Made by a program: the position numbers and the translations under genes. Source: Paragordius varius (taxonomy: Eukaryota > Animalia > Nematomorpha). Taken from it: 64,000 bases of DNA. Position 1 is the first letter of the stretch; each line of letters starts with the position of its first letter. The stretch covers positions 992,001-1,056,000 of the forward strand of contig OZ176053.1 in the NCBI GenBank assembly GCA_964247055.1. The letters are read 5' to 3'. The notes beneath the pieces were generated by a model. That model was not told the origin of the DNA. It searched no databases and saw nothing but the letters and a program-made list of their open reading frames with translations. Of this stretch, positions 25,717-50,806 are shown in pieces.

Positions 25717-26285
25717 TACCAGAACGATCCGATATAGGGAATAATTTGGCTAAGAAAATTTGAATTCTACCACAAAGCAATGTGTCTTGCGAAGGTGATA
25801 ATCTTTTTAGAAGTCCATTACACATTCTTAACAAATAATTTTTTCCTGCTGAATAATAGGGTTCCTACTTAATAAGTGGGTAAAACTTACATTTTTCCAG
25901 AGCGGTAACTTATTTTCAATAAAACTAAATATGTCACCACACAATTCCTTATTTAAAATGTCAAAAGTATCTTGTAACAAAACAAATGGCAATGTATTTG
26001 TACAAATATCTAATTATATTTAAATTATATAATAATAAATACCATCTTGAACTCCTTGTATTACATTGTCAATAAAAGTTATTAAGTTGGTGGATGAATT
26101 CGATATCTTAATATGTATGTAACAAAAAAAGTGTTACCTCCAAACTGTGTAAGTAAGTTTCTCTTACAAAAATCTCAAAAAGAGCTTTATTACTAACATA
26201 TTAAATTGTAATCTAACTTTGATTTAGCTTTGAAAGCTGAAACAAAACTTTCATAATTGCTTTCCAATTCAAAATCCGACCCCAT
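19328..26285 (-). CDS. THOC1: THO complex subunit 1. Exons 26285-26218, 26192-26138, 26106-26043, 26009-25891, 25864-25720, 25393-25252, 25041-~24933, ~23950-23565, ~23260-23093, ~22465-22285, ~21790-21395, ~20720-20579, ~20144-20035, ~19920-19810, ~19470-19328
   Basis: ICTNTLPFVLLQDTFD...YYSAGKNYLLRMCNGLLKRLSPSQDTLLCGRIQIFLAKLFPISDRSGLNLNGQFNLENVT...FYSDFWSLQKVFCDP...FFAKYLTGS..LFKMQLEDNEFR...WNDWKNNGCPAF...LGNPDLNILWN...DWKILRLMSRETKHFF match THOC1/Hpr1 blocks. Confidence 0.9.
25676..25711. repeat. (AT)n microsatellite; others near 11960-12000, 37447-37475, 38251-38295, 41528-41566, 45606-45638, 53920-53947, 54717-54748, 56365-56422, 60915-60965
   Basis: Direct dinucleotide runs. Confidence 0.95.
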
Positions 26286-27297
26286 ATGGATTTAACGCAT
26301 GTGTAGTTACCAAAGTAAAAAAAATAACGCATCCCAAAAATATATTGAAAAGCATGGAAAATTTATTTTATTTTGATCATTTATATTTGTTTTTAATTTG
26401 TTGATAAAAATTTTACTCTAAATTTACCTATAAAACAAAGCCTTTTTGACAGTTTGATGCAAATTGGGATAAGTAAAGCTAAAGCAAAGTTATTATGAAA
26501 TATTCAACTGGAAAGGACGGTTCCGATTTAAATTTATACTTCTATCCTTAAATATTAGTTTAGATAAGTCAAAATATCTTAAGAGTCATTTAATTTACAT
26601 TTTTATAGGATATCGTGTTTTCTGTTTCTAACGCTAAATTACTTAATTTTTTAAACATTTGCCTTTAATATTAAAAAAATGGGTAAAGAGGACGCCAAAT
26701 AGATCAAAATAAATATTTAAACATAATTTCATACTTTCCTCTTAAAGCTAGGAAGAAATAGCTGTGTCATCGATAGTAAATTATAAATATTTCCGCCTCA
26801 TAAATATTCTTTTACCGTCATTCTATATGTACTCCAAATCGGGCGTATAAAAAATATCGTGAGTACATATATTTTAATAGAAAATGTAGCAGGAATATCA
26901 TGGTGCTTTTGGCTTTGGCCCTTATGAGTTATATTATGGCATTTGCTCTAGATCGAAAAATAGCCGAATTCGCGCACATATCATTTGATTGGTTTGGTAA
27001 TAGCTAAGTTATTTTAAAATATATAATAAACTACATATAAATTTTCTCATAAACCTTTAATTTTTAAATATTAGCTCTAAAAATCTCAAAGGCTTTTCTA
27101 AAAATAAGGTAGTTTTCCTGAAATAACTAAAATGCCATTTTGTTTTTTTTAATTGGTGAATTTTGATATTAAATTAAATAGGTTTAAAATTCGAATATTT
27201 GTTCGTTTTTGAAAAATGTTAATGTTTTTTTGATAAAATCACCACTTTAGATAAGATGAATATTCTAAACTGATAAAAATGTTGGGGATTATCAAAT

Positions 27298-31504
<4,207 letters not shown>

Positions 31505-33827
31505 GGAGGAATGGCTTATTGTTGAAATTTTTGGTTAAACTACCTCGAACACAAATGCACTCTATTGCGATACTCAGTCATTATATTTGATCCTTTATAT
31601 AAAATATTTTAATTATAATTATACTATGAATATAGGCGAAAATAAATTATTAGCAACTTTTTATCATTGTATCATGTATGGTAGTAATATATGAAATAAT
31701 TGTTAATCAAAATTTTTTTCAGTACTAATATACCATATGATGATAAATATTTTTGTTAAATGTCCAATGAATAGGATCTCTTAAGCCAGAACGGAGTGAA
31801 ATAAATAATATAAAATAATTTGAAAACAATCAAAAAATATTAAATACTGTTTAAAATAATGTCACTAGTTATATTATATGCTAAGACTTTCTATGACAAC
31901 TTATTGCTGTAAAAAGTTAACTTCATTAGAAATGAGGATTAAAACTGTAATAAATTACACTAGATTATAGAATGGTAAAGTATGAACATCTCATACGGTA
32001 TATATTAAATGGTTTTATTGTTTAACCATTCAAGATTGTTTCACAAAAAATTATAGTAAAATAGCCCCCTACAATTTACAAAATTGAAAATAATGATTTT
32101 TTTTACATTTATCTCAGCAATATTCAGGCTAAATGGTAGCATGAAAATTATGCTTGATATAACTATGAATAATTCTGAGAAGGGGTTTGATGTGAAACTC
32201 TTTATCACTGACTACCTAAATAATGGTCCGTTATTTAAATAAAACCACATAAAAACTTTTATGAAATAAATATGTTAAAAAGTTGAAAACAATATTAAAG
32301 AGCCTAATACCTTAAATAGAAAGGTTGATAATAAAGGAAAAACACAAGTAAAGAATTTTAAGAGCAATTGTGAATTAGCTTGCTGTGAATACTAAATAAT
32401 TTTTATAAGGTTTTTCGCCTAGCAACATGCTTTGATCTCTGATTAATAATTTATTGCATTCAATCGTGGCTAGTTCCCCTGGGAAGTTTAATTAACATTC
32501 TATGGCAGACTTGAGCGAAAAAGGCATCGGAATGCAATGATGAAAAACACCTTAAAACAATGTAATTAATTTGTCATTTGTCGCGCTTAAAGGACACATT
32601 AACATATATATATATATATATATATAAAGTTTTATTGATGTGTATGGTTATAGAAAAACTAAAATGAAAAATCAATATAAATTTACACAAAAGAAGGGAT
32701 CACCAAGCTTTAAAAGTCATCTATAATTAATCGATGTGAAAACACTAATACGTTGGGAACATGCTATAATGTAAAAAGCAGAATTTTTACAATGTCAAAA
32801 ATAGGTTATAATAAGTAATTTAACACAAATCCAAAGATAAAACTTTTTTTCAGCTTTTTAAAAAATTTAATTATAATCACAATTATAATTTACGACCATG
32901 CCTGCAACCAATTTAAAAAAAAACAATTAAAAAAGTTTTACCATATGTTTTTTTAAAATAAAAAGCTTGTTTAGGAGGCACCCCCTACGCTTTCGGAATA
33001 TTTAATATAATGTTAAATATAATTTTATTTCAAACTTTAAAGTCAATAAATTTTTTTCGAAATCACATTGCTATTATTAATCCATTTTAACTAATTGGGG
33101 AATACTATGTGCACGTTTTTTGGCATCGTGCCAATCTTAAATTTAATGATAAATAATTTAGAAACATAAAGAGGACAAATTTAATACTTATATTTTGTTA
33201 TAAATATTATTTATGATATGTTTAAGAAAAAACCAATAAGTAAGTTAGTGTGGAACGACACTACCATTTTATAATTTTATATTTATTATTGAAACTTCCA
33301 ATATTGCATTGAGCAGTTTAATCCAAAACAACATTATCTATCTTTCTATGTACATGATCACTAAAATGATACGAAACCATAATGGGAAACACAAAAAAAA
33401 TATATATTTATGAGAGATTATTTATTTTCAAATCCACTACGCTTATCTTTTTCCTTCCTAAGGAAAGAGTATTTGCCATTTAAAATATTTTGTTAATTTT
33501 ATTTTCTTATAGCTATATCTTATGACAAATCAAATTTTTATTGATATTGGTTTAAATAAAAACTAATATTGGATAAATGATATAGTTTATACCTTATACA
33601 TTTTCTTTTTTTTATATATACATATTTATATGGTTTGCAGTTCCCCGTATGAAAAAATATTTCGAGTAAAATTTTAACAAATTATTTCGCTGTATACCAA
33701 AATCTAATAGTGATTAATATAAAAATTATTCTGTGATTTAAGGACAAAACAACATTAATCACTACTGAAAAAATGGTCATTCCTTGAAAATTTTACCATA
33801 TCTCAATCAATAATTGATTCCCCAATC

Positions 33828-42698
<8,871 letters not shown>

Positions 42699-43239
42699 AT
42701 ACAGTAAAAATTCAAATTATACGGACAAAACGTTAAAATATACAAATAAATATTTTTTTCTAGAACCATACTTTTTAATAGCAAAATTGAGGGAATTACG
42801 CATTATAATTTATGAAATTTATTAAAAAATTAAGCTGGAATGCGTACATTATGAAAATATTCTTTAATTTTCGATTATATAGTAAAGTCTTTATCGAAAA
42901 AATATTTTTAATTTTTAAATATAACTAATTATTTTAAACTGAAAGGTGTAAAATAGAGATATAAATTGGTAAAACAATTAATTATATAATTTATGATTGG
43001 ATTTTAATGGTTTGAAAAATTATGGTTGTCTTTTAAAAAAAAATTATCTTTATAATTTTATGTTTTGTCCGTATAATTATAATTTATACTGTAATATAAT
43101 TAGAACAATTTGATTATAAATTAATTGTGATGTAAAAATAAATGATTGATTTTAAATATATATTTGCAAAATGTTTCTATCCAATATTTAATGTACATAT
43201 TTGCTGACTGATCCTGTCCATTTTCGAAAAAAATGATTT

Positions 43240-44495
43240 TACCCAATGTAATTACTTAAACGGAGTAAACAAAAAAAATCATGATGAAACATATATATAT
43301 TCCAATGAAATATCAGGAATCTTACAATTTTTATTTTGGGCTTACGGGTTATATAAGAATGTGTTTACACTTTTGTGGTAAGCGCTACATATCAGAAAAT
43401 GGCAAAATTAGAGCACATTTGTTGTAATAATTGTTTTTGATGGAAGCTAAATGCTTCATTCTAAAATTTATCACTAAAATATATAACTACTTATAAAAAG
43501 CATAGCAATATTTTTATAATAAATTTTTTTAGATGTGGGTAAAGTCCCAAATTTTTTGCTTCCCTAAAACGGGCTAGTTCCTTTAAAATAAACGCACAAA
43601 TGCCGGAATTGCGCTATAAAAATTTTATATATGCTAAATTTTACTAAAATATTTTTTTAATGCATACTTATTAGAAAAATTTAATTTTTAGCAAAATTTT
43701 TCTACTTCAGCCTATTTTAGGCATGATGAAAACGATATAAAAACGCTTTTAGATATAAAAGGCTGAACATTTCTATCACCTCAGAATTAGAATTAAAATT
43801 TTTACTCAAATATATGTCAAATATATATTGTTTTTTAAAAGTTCACAATAATTTGAAAGTAAACGAACCTTTAAACTAAAATTCAGAAGGTTTTTAGCAT
43901 CATCAAATTATATAGAAAATGTGTTTTTATAATATCTAAAAGCGTTTTTACACCGTTTCCATCATGCCCAAAAATAGTAGGAAGTACGCATCAACAAAAT
44001 TTTGCTCAAAATAATTTTTGTAAAAAGTATGCATTTTTAAAAAAATATTTTGGTGTCAAAATTTAGAATATTTAAAAGAATTGAGAAATTCCGGATTTTT
44101 GCTTTTATTTTTAAAAAAACTATCCCGTTTAGAAAAGCAAACAAATTTGGATCTTTGGCAGCCCTCATCTAAAAAGTAAAATATCAAAATATTGTTTTGC
44201 TTTTTATAGGTAGTTTATGATATATTTTAGTGATATTTTTCGGAATGAAGAGCTATTAGCTTTCATCAAAAAAAATAATTACAAAAAATCTGGTCACATT
44301 TTGCCATTTTCTGATTTTTATAATAAGCATTTAGCACAAAAGTGTAAATAATTTTCTTATATCACTCGTAAGGGCCAAAAACAAAAACACCATAATAATC
44401 ATGATACATTTTTCTATCAGAATATATTTATTTCATCAAGATATTTTTTTTGAACCCTGATTTTATACTCAGTGAATGTAAACTTACAATTGTGT
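43240..44495. repeat. Degenerate fold-back element (about 500-bp inverted arms, about 150-bp centre)
   Basis: Examples: cttacgggttatataagaatgtgtttacacttttgtg versus the reverse complement near 44335-44375; gcatgatgaaaacgatataaaaacgcttttagata versus tatctaaaagcgtttttacaccgtttccatcatgc. Confidence 0.75.
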
Positions 44496-45602
44496 GTAAA
44501 TTATAACAACGATGAAATCATATCCTTCTATATTTTGACCGATAATTTAAAAGTAAATTAATGAAAAACTTTTAACCGCCTCTCGCTATTTTAATCGTAT
44601 GTTCCAAAAATTAAAATTATATTAATAATTTTAAGGTATTTTACTTTTAATAAAAATTATTAAAAACATTTTTGCTATATGGCATGACCTCCCAACATGG
44701 GGGTGCTCGAACCAGCCCATTTTTCATATACCATTTACCTTAAATTTACCCTGGAACATTTCAAATTCCCCCTTAAACATGTCAAATTGACCATAAAATA
44801 AATAATTTGTTTTAGAATATTAAAAATGACCTTTATTTGTTTGAGATTAAATACAGAAAAACAAAAGAAAGTCATTAATATGAGTTATATTAGCCCAAAA
44901 CCTTATAAAATATTAGGGTGAAATTAAAATGTTCGTGGGTAAATTTGAACTGTTCAAGGGTAAATGTGAGATGTATATTATTAAAATTAGCATATCATCC
45001 CAAAATATGCAACGACTATGCTGCTCAATTATATCTGTTTATTATTCATTCGTCAAATTATTACACCCTATTATTACTTTTTAAGGTAGTTTCATAACCC
45101 AGAGCAATTTAAAATTTGAATATCCTAAATATTTAAGAAGCCGAATTTTAAAATATGCCTTTTTAGCCTTTTAGGCGCATTATACGAAATTTATTTTATA
45201 AATAAAATTTTAAAAAACTTATCTCAAACTTTTTCGCCGCTTTTTTCTATAAATTTTTTAAAATCGCTAATGCAAAAGCCAAATAAATGTATATTATGGT
45301 TGGAAATGTAAGTAATTTGAAAAAGCTTTCAAGCTACATTTTACAAGCAAAAAATTTATATATTTTAATATCAGCTGTTTGTTTCAATTGTATTTTGTAG
45401 CTGTCCCAATTTCGAAAAGAAGTCACAAAACTGTAAAAATTAGTTTTTTCATCTAACACATGAGAATAATGTTTCATAATTAAATTTAACTAAAATTCTT
45501 TTAAACTGTAATTTCCTGGAATATTAAATTATCACAAAAGATAAACTAGGGCAAAAAAGTGAAAATGTAATGAAGTGTTTAGCGCCTCTTCCAATATACA
45601 CA

Positions 45603-45642
<40 letters not shown>

Positions 45643-46150
45643 GACTAAATTTTTTCTCTGTTGCTATGTTTTGGGCCCAAGGAGTCCTTCAAATATATAT
45701 CCAATTTAATAATAATATTTGCTACATATCCAATTATTGCAAAATAAACCCACCATTTTGCTAAGTTAAATTTTTTAGTTAAAATAAATGCTTTATATTC
45801 CAAAATACCTTTTTAATATATCATAACCATAATTTTTAAGCAAAGCAATATTTATTTAATTTAATTTTGATGAGAGCTCCAAAAGTCTCAAATTTTTGCT
45901 AAGATGGGCAAGTTTTCTTGAGATAACCAAAAATGCTGAGTTTGTATAATAATTTTCAACATATATGATATAAAAAAATATTTACAAAACATATATTCTG
46001 CTAAAAAATGATTTTATTAGCATAAGGTTTTTAAAATTTAACAATATTTTGAAGCTTGGTAGACACAATTTAATAATACTTTAAAATAAATAGAACACTA
46101 TTTTACATTTAAATTTAAATTTAAAACTAAAAAATTTGTCGAATTAACAT

Positions 46151-46335
46151 ATACAATATACATTTTAATGGTTATTTATTTCAGACTATAGTTGGGCAAT
46201 TTGCAACACAGCAAAGTATGGAAAAAACAACAAAATAAGGATTAAATTTTTTCCTTTCTTTTCACCATACTCTACTCTGTTGCAAATTGCCCAACTTTAG
46301 TGTGAAATAAGCAACCATTAAAATACATATTGTAT
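46151..46335. repeat. 185-bp hairpin/MITE with about 65-70-bp inverted arms
   Basis: atacaatatacattttaatggttatttatttcagactatagttgggcaatttgcaacacag...gtatgg is inverted to ccatac...ctgttgcaaattgcccaactttagtgtgaaataagcaaccattaaaatacatattgtat. Confidence 0.8.
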
Positions 46336-46561
46336 TTTAAATCTTTTTTAAACACATCTTTTGCAAAATAACGAATAGAAATATTGATTGCACACTTAAT
46401 AAGATATTTTAAAATATCTTAATAATTTTTTGTATAAAACATCAATATTTTTTCAAAACATAAATTTGTCTTTAGTTTTTAAATTTTTGTCTATATAAAA
46501 TTTTTACTTTATATTTTTTAATGTTACTAAAAGTTACTATCACCTCAGATTTTATTTAAAG

Positions 46562-47765
46562 CAGGGCTTTTAAACTATGGGTCGCGACCCCATTTGGGGT
46601 AGCGTAGGAAAATTATGGGGTCGCTAGTGATAAAATTAAAATTTAACAAAAATGTTTTTTAACTTGTAACATCTCTATATTTATAAAAATGGAAAATGCT
46701 GCTTTCTGTGGGCCCATCCGGTGTAAAAAACGGGTTTTTGAAAACAGGGATGCACCTGAGACAATTTTCCTGAAAACATGTTGGACGATTCGATTTCAAA
46801 TATAATTTATTTCTACTTATTTTCAATTGCAACGAACATAGTCGCTTTTTTTATTTAGGTCCTCTTTTTACCCGCTCCCCCCGTAAAATGCCACTTTTTT
46901 GAGAAAGCCAAGTCCAGAAAAATAATTTTTTGAATCTATTTTTCGCCCAAGGTATGAGACCCTAAAATTCAATAAAGATTCCAGGTATTCCCTTTTAAAA
47001 GGCAAATATTTGAGTCGAGCGTATTTTTTATATTGGCTGCTGGGTAAGGAGATACCGCCTAAAAAGTGCCCCGTCATATGAAAATAGCGTGCCTTTGGGG
47101 CTAAATTTCAGAAAACCTATGAGGCCATATGAGTACAATAGGTGCTTAAAATACCCGTAACAAGGTTAAAATTTAGTTCGTGCGGTTTTTTAGTATTAGC
47201 CGTTAATTAGGCCCTCGCCCTGAAAATGCGCCACCATAGAATAAATTTTTGGGTTTGAGATACCACGAGAGCATATGGAATCAATTATGACACCAGGTAT
47301 TACCCGAATTAAAGCAAAAAATATAATCAAGCGTTTTTTTGCTTCCCTCAAGGTTAAAGGCTATCAGCTTAAAACTGCGTCATTATTTCGATACAACATG
47401 CCTTTGGAGCCAAATTTCAGAAAACCTATGAGTCTAATAGGAACATATGCATTCCATGATAATTCCAGATATTACCCATATGAGGGCAAAAATTTTAACC
47501 AGCGCTTTTTTACGGCCCTGGGTTAAAAGCCCCCCGAAAACTGCTCCACTATATAGAAATTGCTTTGTTTTGGAGCTAATTTATAGAAAATTTATGATAT
47601 GAGCTCATTAAAAGCTTGAAATATTATCCGTAAGCCGTTAATTTGGGGCCTTTTTGCCCTAAAAATACGCCATCATATAACGATAATTTAGTGTTTATTT
47701 TCGAATAACCCATGGGACGATAATATTAAAGATGATTCCAAATATCTGCCCTATAAAGGCAAAGA
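46562..47765 (+). mobile_element. hAT-like terminal fragment (46562-~46640) followed by a partial copy of the 14765-17224 Helitron-like repeat (about 46705-47765)
   Basis: CAGGGCTTTTAAACTATGGGTCGCGACCCC resembles Charlie/MER5-type termini. gggcccatcc.gtgtaaaaaa...gagacaattttcctgaaaac.tgttg... aligns by eye with 14900-16900 and lacks the PLE insert. Confidence 0.7.
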
Positions 47766-48399
47766 TTCAAATTGAGTTTTGATGACCGCCTGTTTAAAAT
47801 CCAATAATTAAAAAATATGGAATATGAAATCATTGCTTAAGTTTGCATTTGTATAACATTTATGCACCGAAATATAAAAAAAGGATTCATTAAAAAGGCT
47901 TGATTTTGGGGATAAACCTGAAGATAAAATTTATCCAAATGACATGTGTCAATTAACTTCCTTTAAAAATAATGTATATAACCACCTTATATTAACGTTA
48001 GATGGGACTTATAAAATTAACTATAAATTTTAGCGTTAGAATCATTATGATATCTCAAATTACAATAAAATGACGTCAAAATAATTTCATGGATTATTTT
48101 TTAAACCAAATATTAATTAGATATTTTGGCTTATTTATATAAATTTTATGGGGATAGAACTATAACAAATTAGAACCGTTCTTATCAGTAGTTTTTAATA
48201 AATGAAAGTTCATTTGGGGTCACTAATTACCCAAGTTGAATAGTATTAAAAATTTTTAAAATTTCAATTAGCATATGTATAATTTTTTATCAAGCTTCGG
48301 CTCTTATGCTTTTCTTTAAGAGAAATGGCATATAGCGGGCCGAAAAATACGAATTAAGTAGCATATGATTTAAATTTGAATTATATATTTTTTATAATA

Positions 48400-50806
48400 C
48401 ACTGTGCGCAAAAAAGGGGGGTAAAAAAATAAACAAACATTATTTTTATCTAGAACAATAAAAAAACCCTTGAAAAAGAAGACCCCAAAAATTTTGGGGC
48501 AAAAATGCCCCCCAAAATGGAAATATTCCATTTTTTCATTTTTGACTAGAAATAGACTTTTGTCCATATTTTTAAAACTTATTGAGCAATGATAAAACTT
48601 TTATATATTATATAAAACCTAATATATTCTTAAGAAAAATAAATAAAATTATTTTAAAGTATCAATAAATTTTTTTATTCCACAAAAATAGAAATTCGTA
48701 AATTTTATGACATTGTCGAAATATATTATAAAAAATTATTTGTAAGAACCCCATATTGTTTTTATTATTTAAGTTTATGACTTATATATACCATTTACAG
48801 TTCAAATTCACCCTTAAACAATTCAAATTCACCCTTGAACAATTCAAATTCACCCTCGAACAATTCAAATTCACCCTAAAAATAAATTATGAAACTTCGG
48901 TCTAATATAACTCATCATTAAAATTAAATATATTTTTATGGCAAAGTTTATTATTTTTTCAGTATTATTTTGATTACACACAAAATTTCTTTTTTTTGAT
49001 AAATATAAAAAATATAGCTAATATATAATCTTAAAAAACACATAATTTATTTTAGGGAAGGGTGAATTTGAATTGTTCAAGAATGAATTTGAATTTTTTA
49101 AGGGTGAATTTGAACTGTAAATGGTATATAACATACCAAAGAGTTGGTATATATAATAAAGGCTATGTATTCTTTTAAGTCCCTCAAAAAATTTGTATTT
49201 TTTGAAAAAATTTCGCGATTTTTGTTGCATTTTCCTCATGCTTCTCACTGTTTCATAAATACAGTATCAGTATCAGTAATCCGCAATTTTCAAATGCGAA
49301 TACTGAAAATACCAATAAAAATTCAAGATTATGAAATTCCCTTTACTTTGGATAAAAGTTTATATATATTATTTAATAACATAGTTAATAAATTCAATTG
49401 CAAATTGAATAAAGACCTTTTCTGCTATATATGTGGAAGGTATCATCGCCCTACAAATTTGATTAAAATAACTGAACAAATAATTATCTATTACAACATG
49501 TATTTTGCTGGGAAATTAGTTCATTACAAGAAAATATGAGGCCACAGCAAGGTAATTATACTAATTCCGGTGGAGGGCTACAGACCAGAATGGAGAACGG
49601 TTCCATCAAACGCTCAAACATATAGAAAAAAACTATACTAGTTCCAATAGTTGGTGAATACTATTGGAATCACTTTATGTCTGACTAACATATTCATTAT
49701 GTATAAATAAATTTAAATTCTTATATGTATTTTGAGAGTTGTTGTTGGGTTAGACTTGAAGAGATGTTGCAGGAGCAATTTTTGCAAACGAAGTTTGTAT
49801 TTGACAATATCTTGATAAGACCGGAACATTTTTATTTTAAAATTTTGTAGAAACCTAATTAAATATTCTTATTGTAAAAGAATGCTAAAAATTCTATCGA
49901 ATAAAAATAAATCCATTTATTATCAGCTTTTCAATATATATAATTGTTAGATTTATAATTTGGCAATAGAGTTTCTGGAAGTAGATTATTTACAAATGTC
50001 AGAATAATTTTGTTGCAAGAAAAATTCTATTTTGTAACTAAAATTATATGAAGAAAATATACGTGAATACAAATAGAATTTTACTTAAAAAGCTAAATAT
50101 AGTGTATATAGCAAGAAAAACACTATTTATATTTCCGATGCTGCTTTCTGTATATCAAGAGGTCTTTGATTAAATTTATTATTTATAAATTAAATATATA
50201 TAAACATATATCCAAAGTAATGTAATGGGAATTTCATAATCTTGAAGTTTTATTGGTTTTTTCAGTATTCGCATTTGAAAATTGCGGATTACTGATACTG
50301 TATTTATGAAACAGTGAGTAGCAGGTGAGGAAAATGCAACAAAAATCGCAAAAATTTTTAAAAAATACAATTTTTTTGAGGGACTTAAAAAGATACATAG
50401 CCTTTATTATATATACCAACTCTTTGGTATGTTATATATAAGTCATAAACTTAAATAATAAAAACAATATGGAGTTCTTACAAATAATTTTTTTACTATA
50501 TATTTCGACAATGTCATAAAATTTACGAATCTATTTTTGTGGAATAAAAAAATTTATTGATACTTTAAAATAATTTTATGTATTTTCTTAAGAATATATA
50601 AGGTTTTATATAATATATAAAAGTTTTATCATGTTTGCTTAATAAGTTTAAAAAATATGGACAAAAATCTATTTCTAGTCAAAAAAGAAAAAATAGGGGG
50701 CGCATTTTTGTCCCAAAATTTTTGGGGTCTCCTTTTCCAAGGGATTTATTATTCTGGATAAAAATCATGTTTGTTTATTTTTTACCCCCCTTTTTTGCGC
50801 ACAGTG
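48400..50806. mobile_element. Non-autonomous DNA transposon with about 600-bp TIRs and CACTGTG termini (Chapaev3/Transib-like), carrying a transposase N-terminal remnant and a MITE-A insert in the left arm
   Basis: CACTGTGCGCAAAAAAGGGGG...CCCCCCTTTTTTGCGCACAGTG. Arms 48400-49355 (minus insert 48789-49126) and about 50200-50806 are near-identical inverted copies. Internal CKLNKDLFCYICG...YYNMYFAG...*GHSK at about 49395-49550. The superfamily call is from memory; no clear TSD. Confidence 0.75.

Noticed and set aside
32502-32564. Short ORF MADLSEKASECNDEKHLKTM with a possible phase-2 donor, and a nearby ATGATGA C-box-like motif
   Set aside because: Splicing to CaMK1 exon 2 would destroy the LGTGAF glycine loop, and no D box (CTGA) follows at snoRNA distance.
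48218-48250. GGTCACTAATTACCCAAGTTGAATAGT shares the 14-mer TAATTACCCAAGTT with the nematode SL1 leader
   Set aside because: No proper leader-donor junction, no Sm site (RAU4-6GR) and no SL stem-loops follow. A similar partial match occurs near 2197, so chance in AT-rich DNA is plausible.
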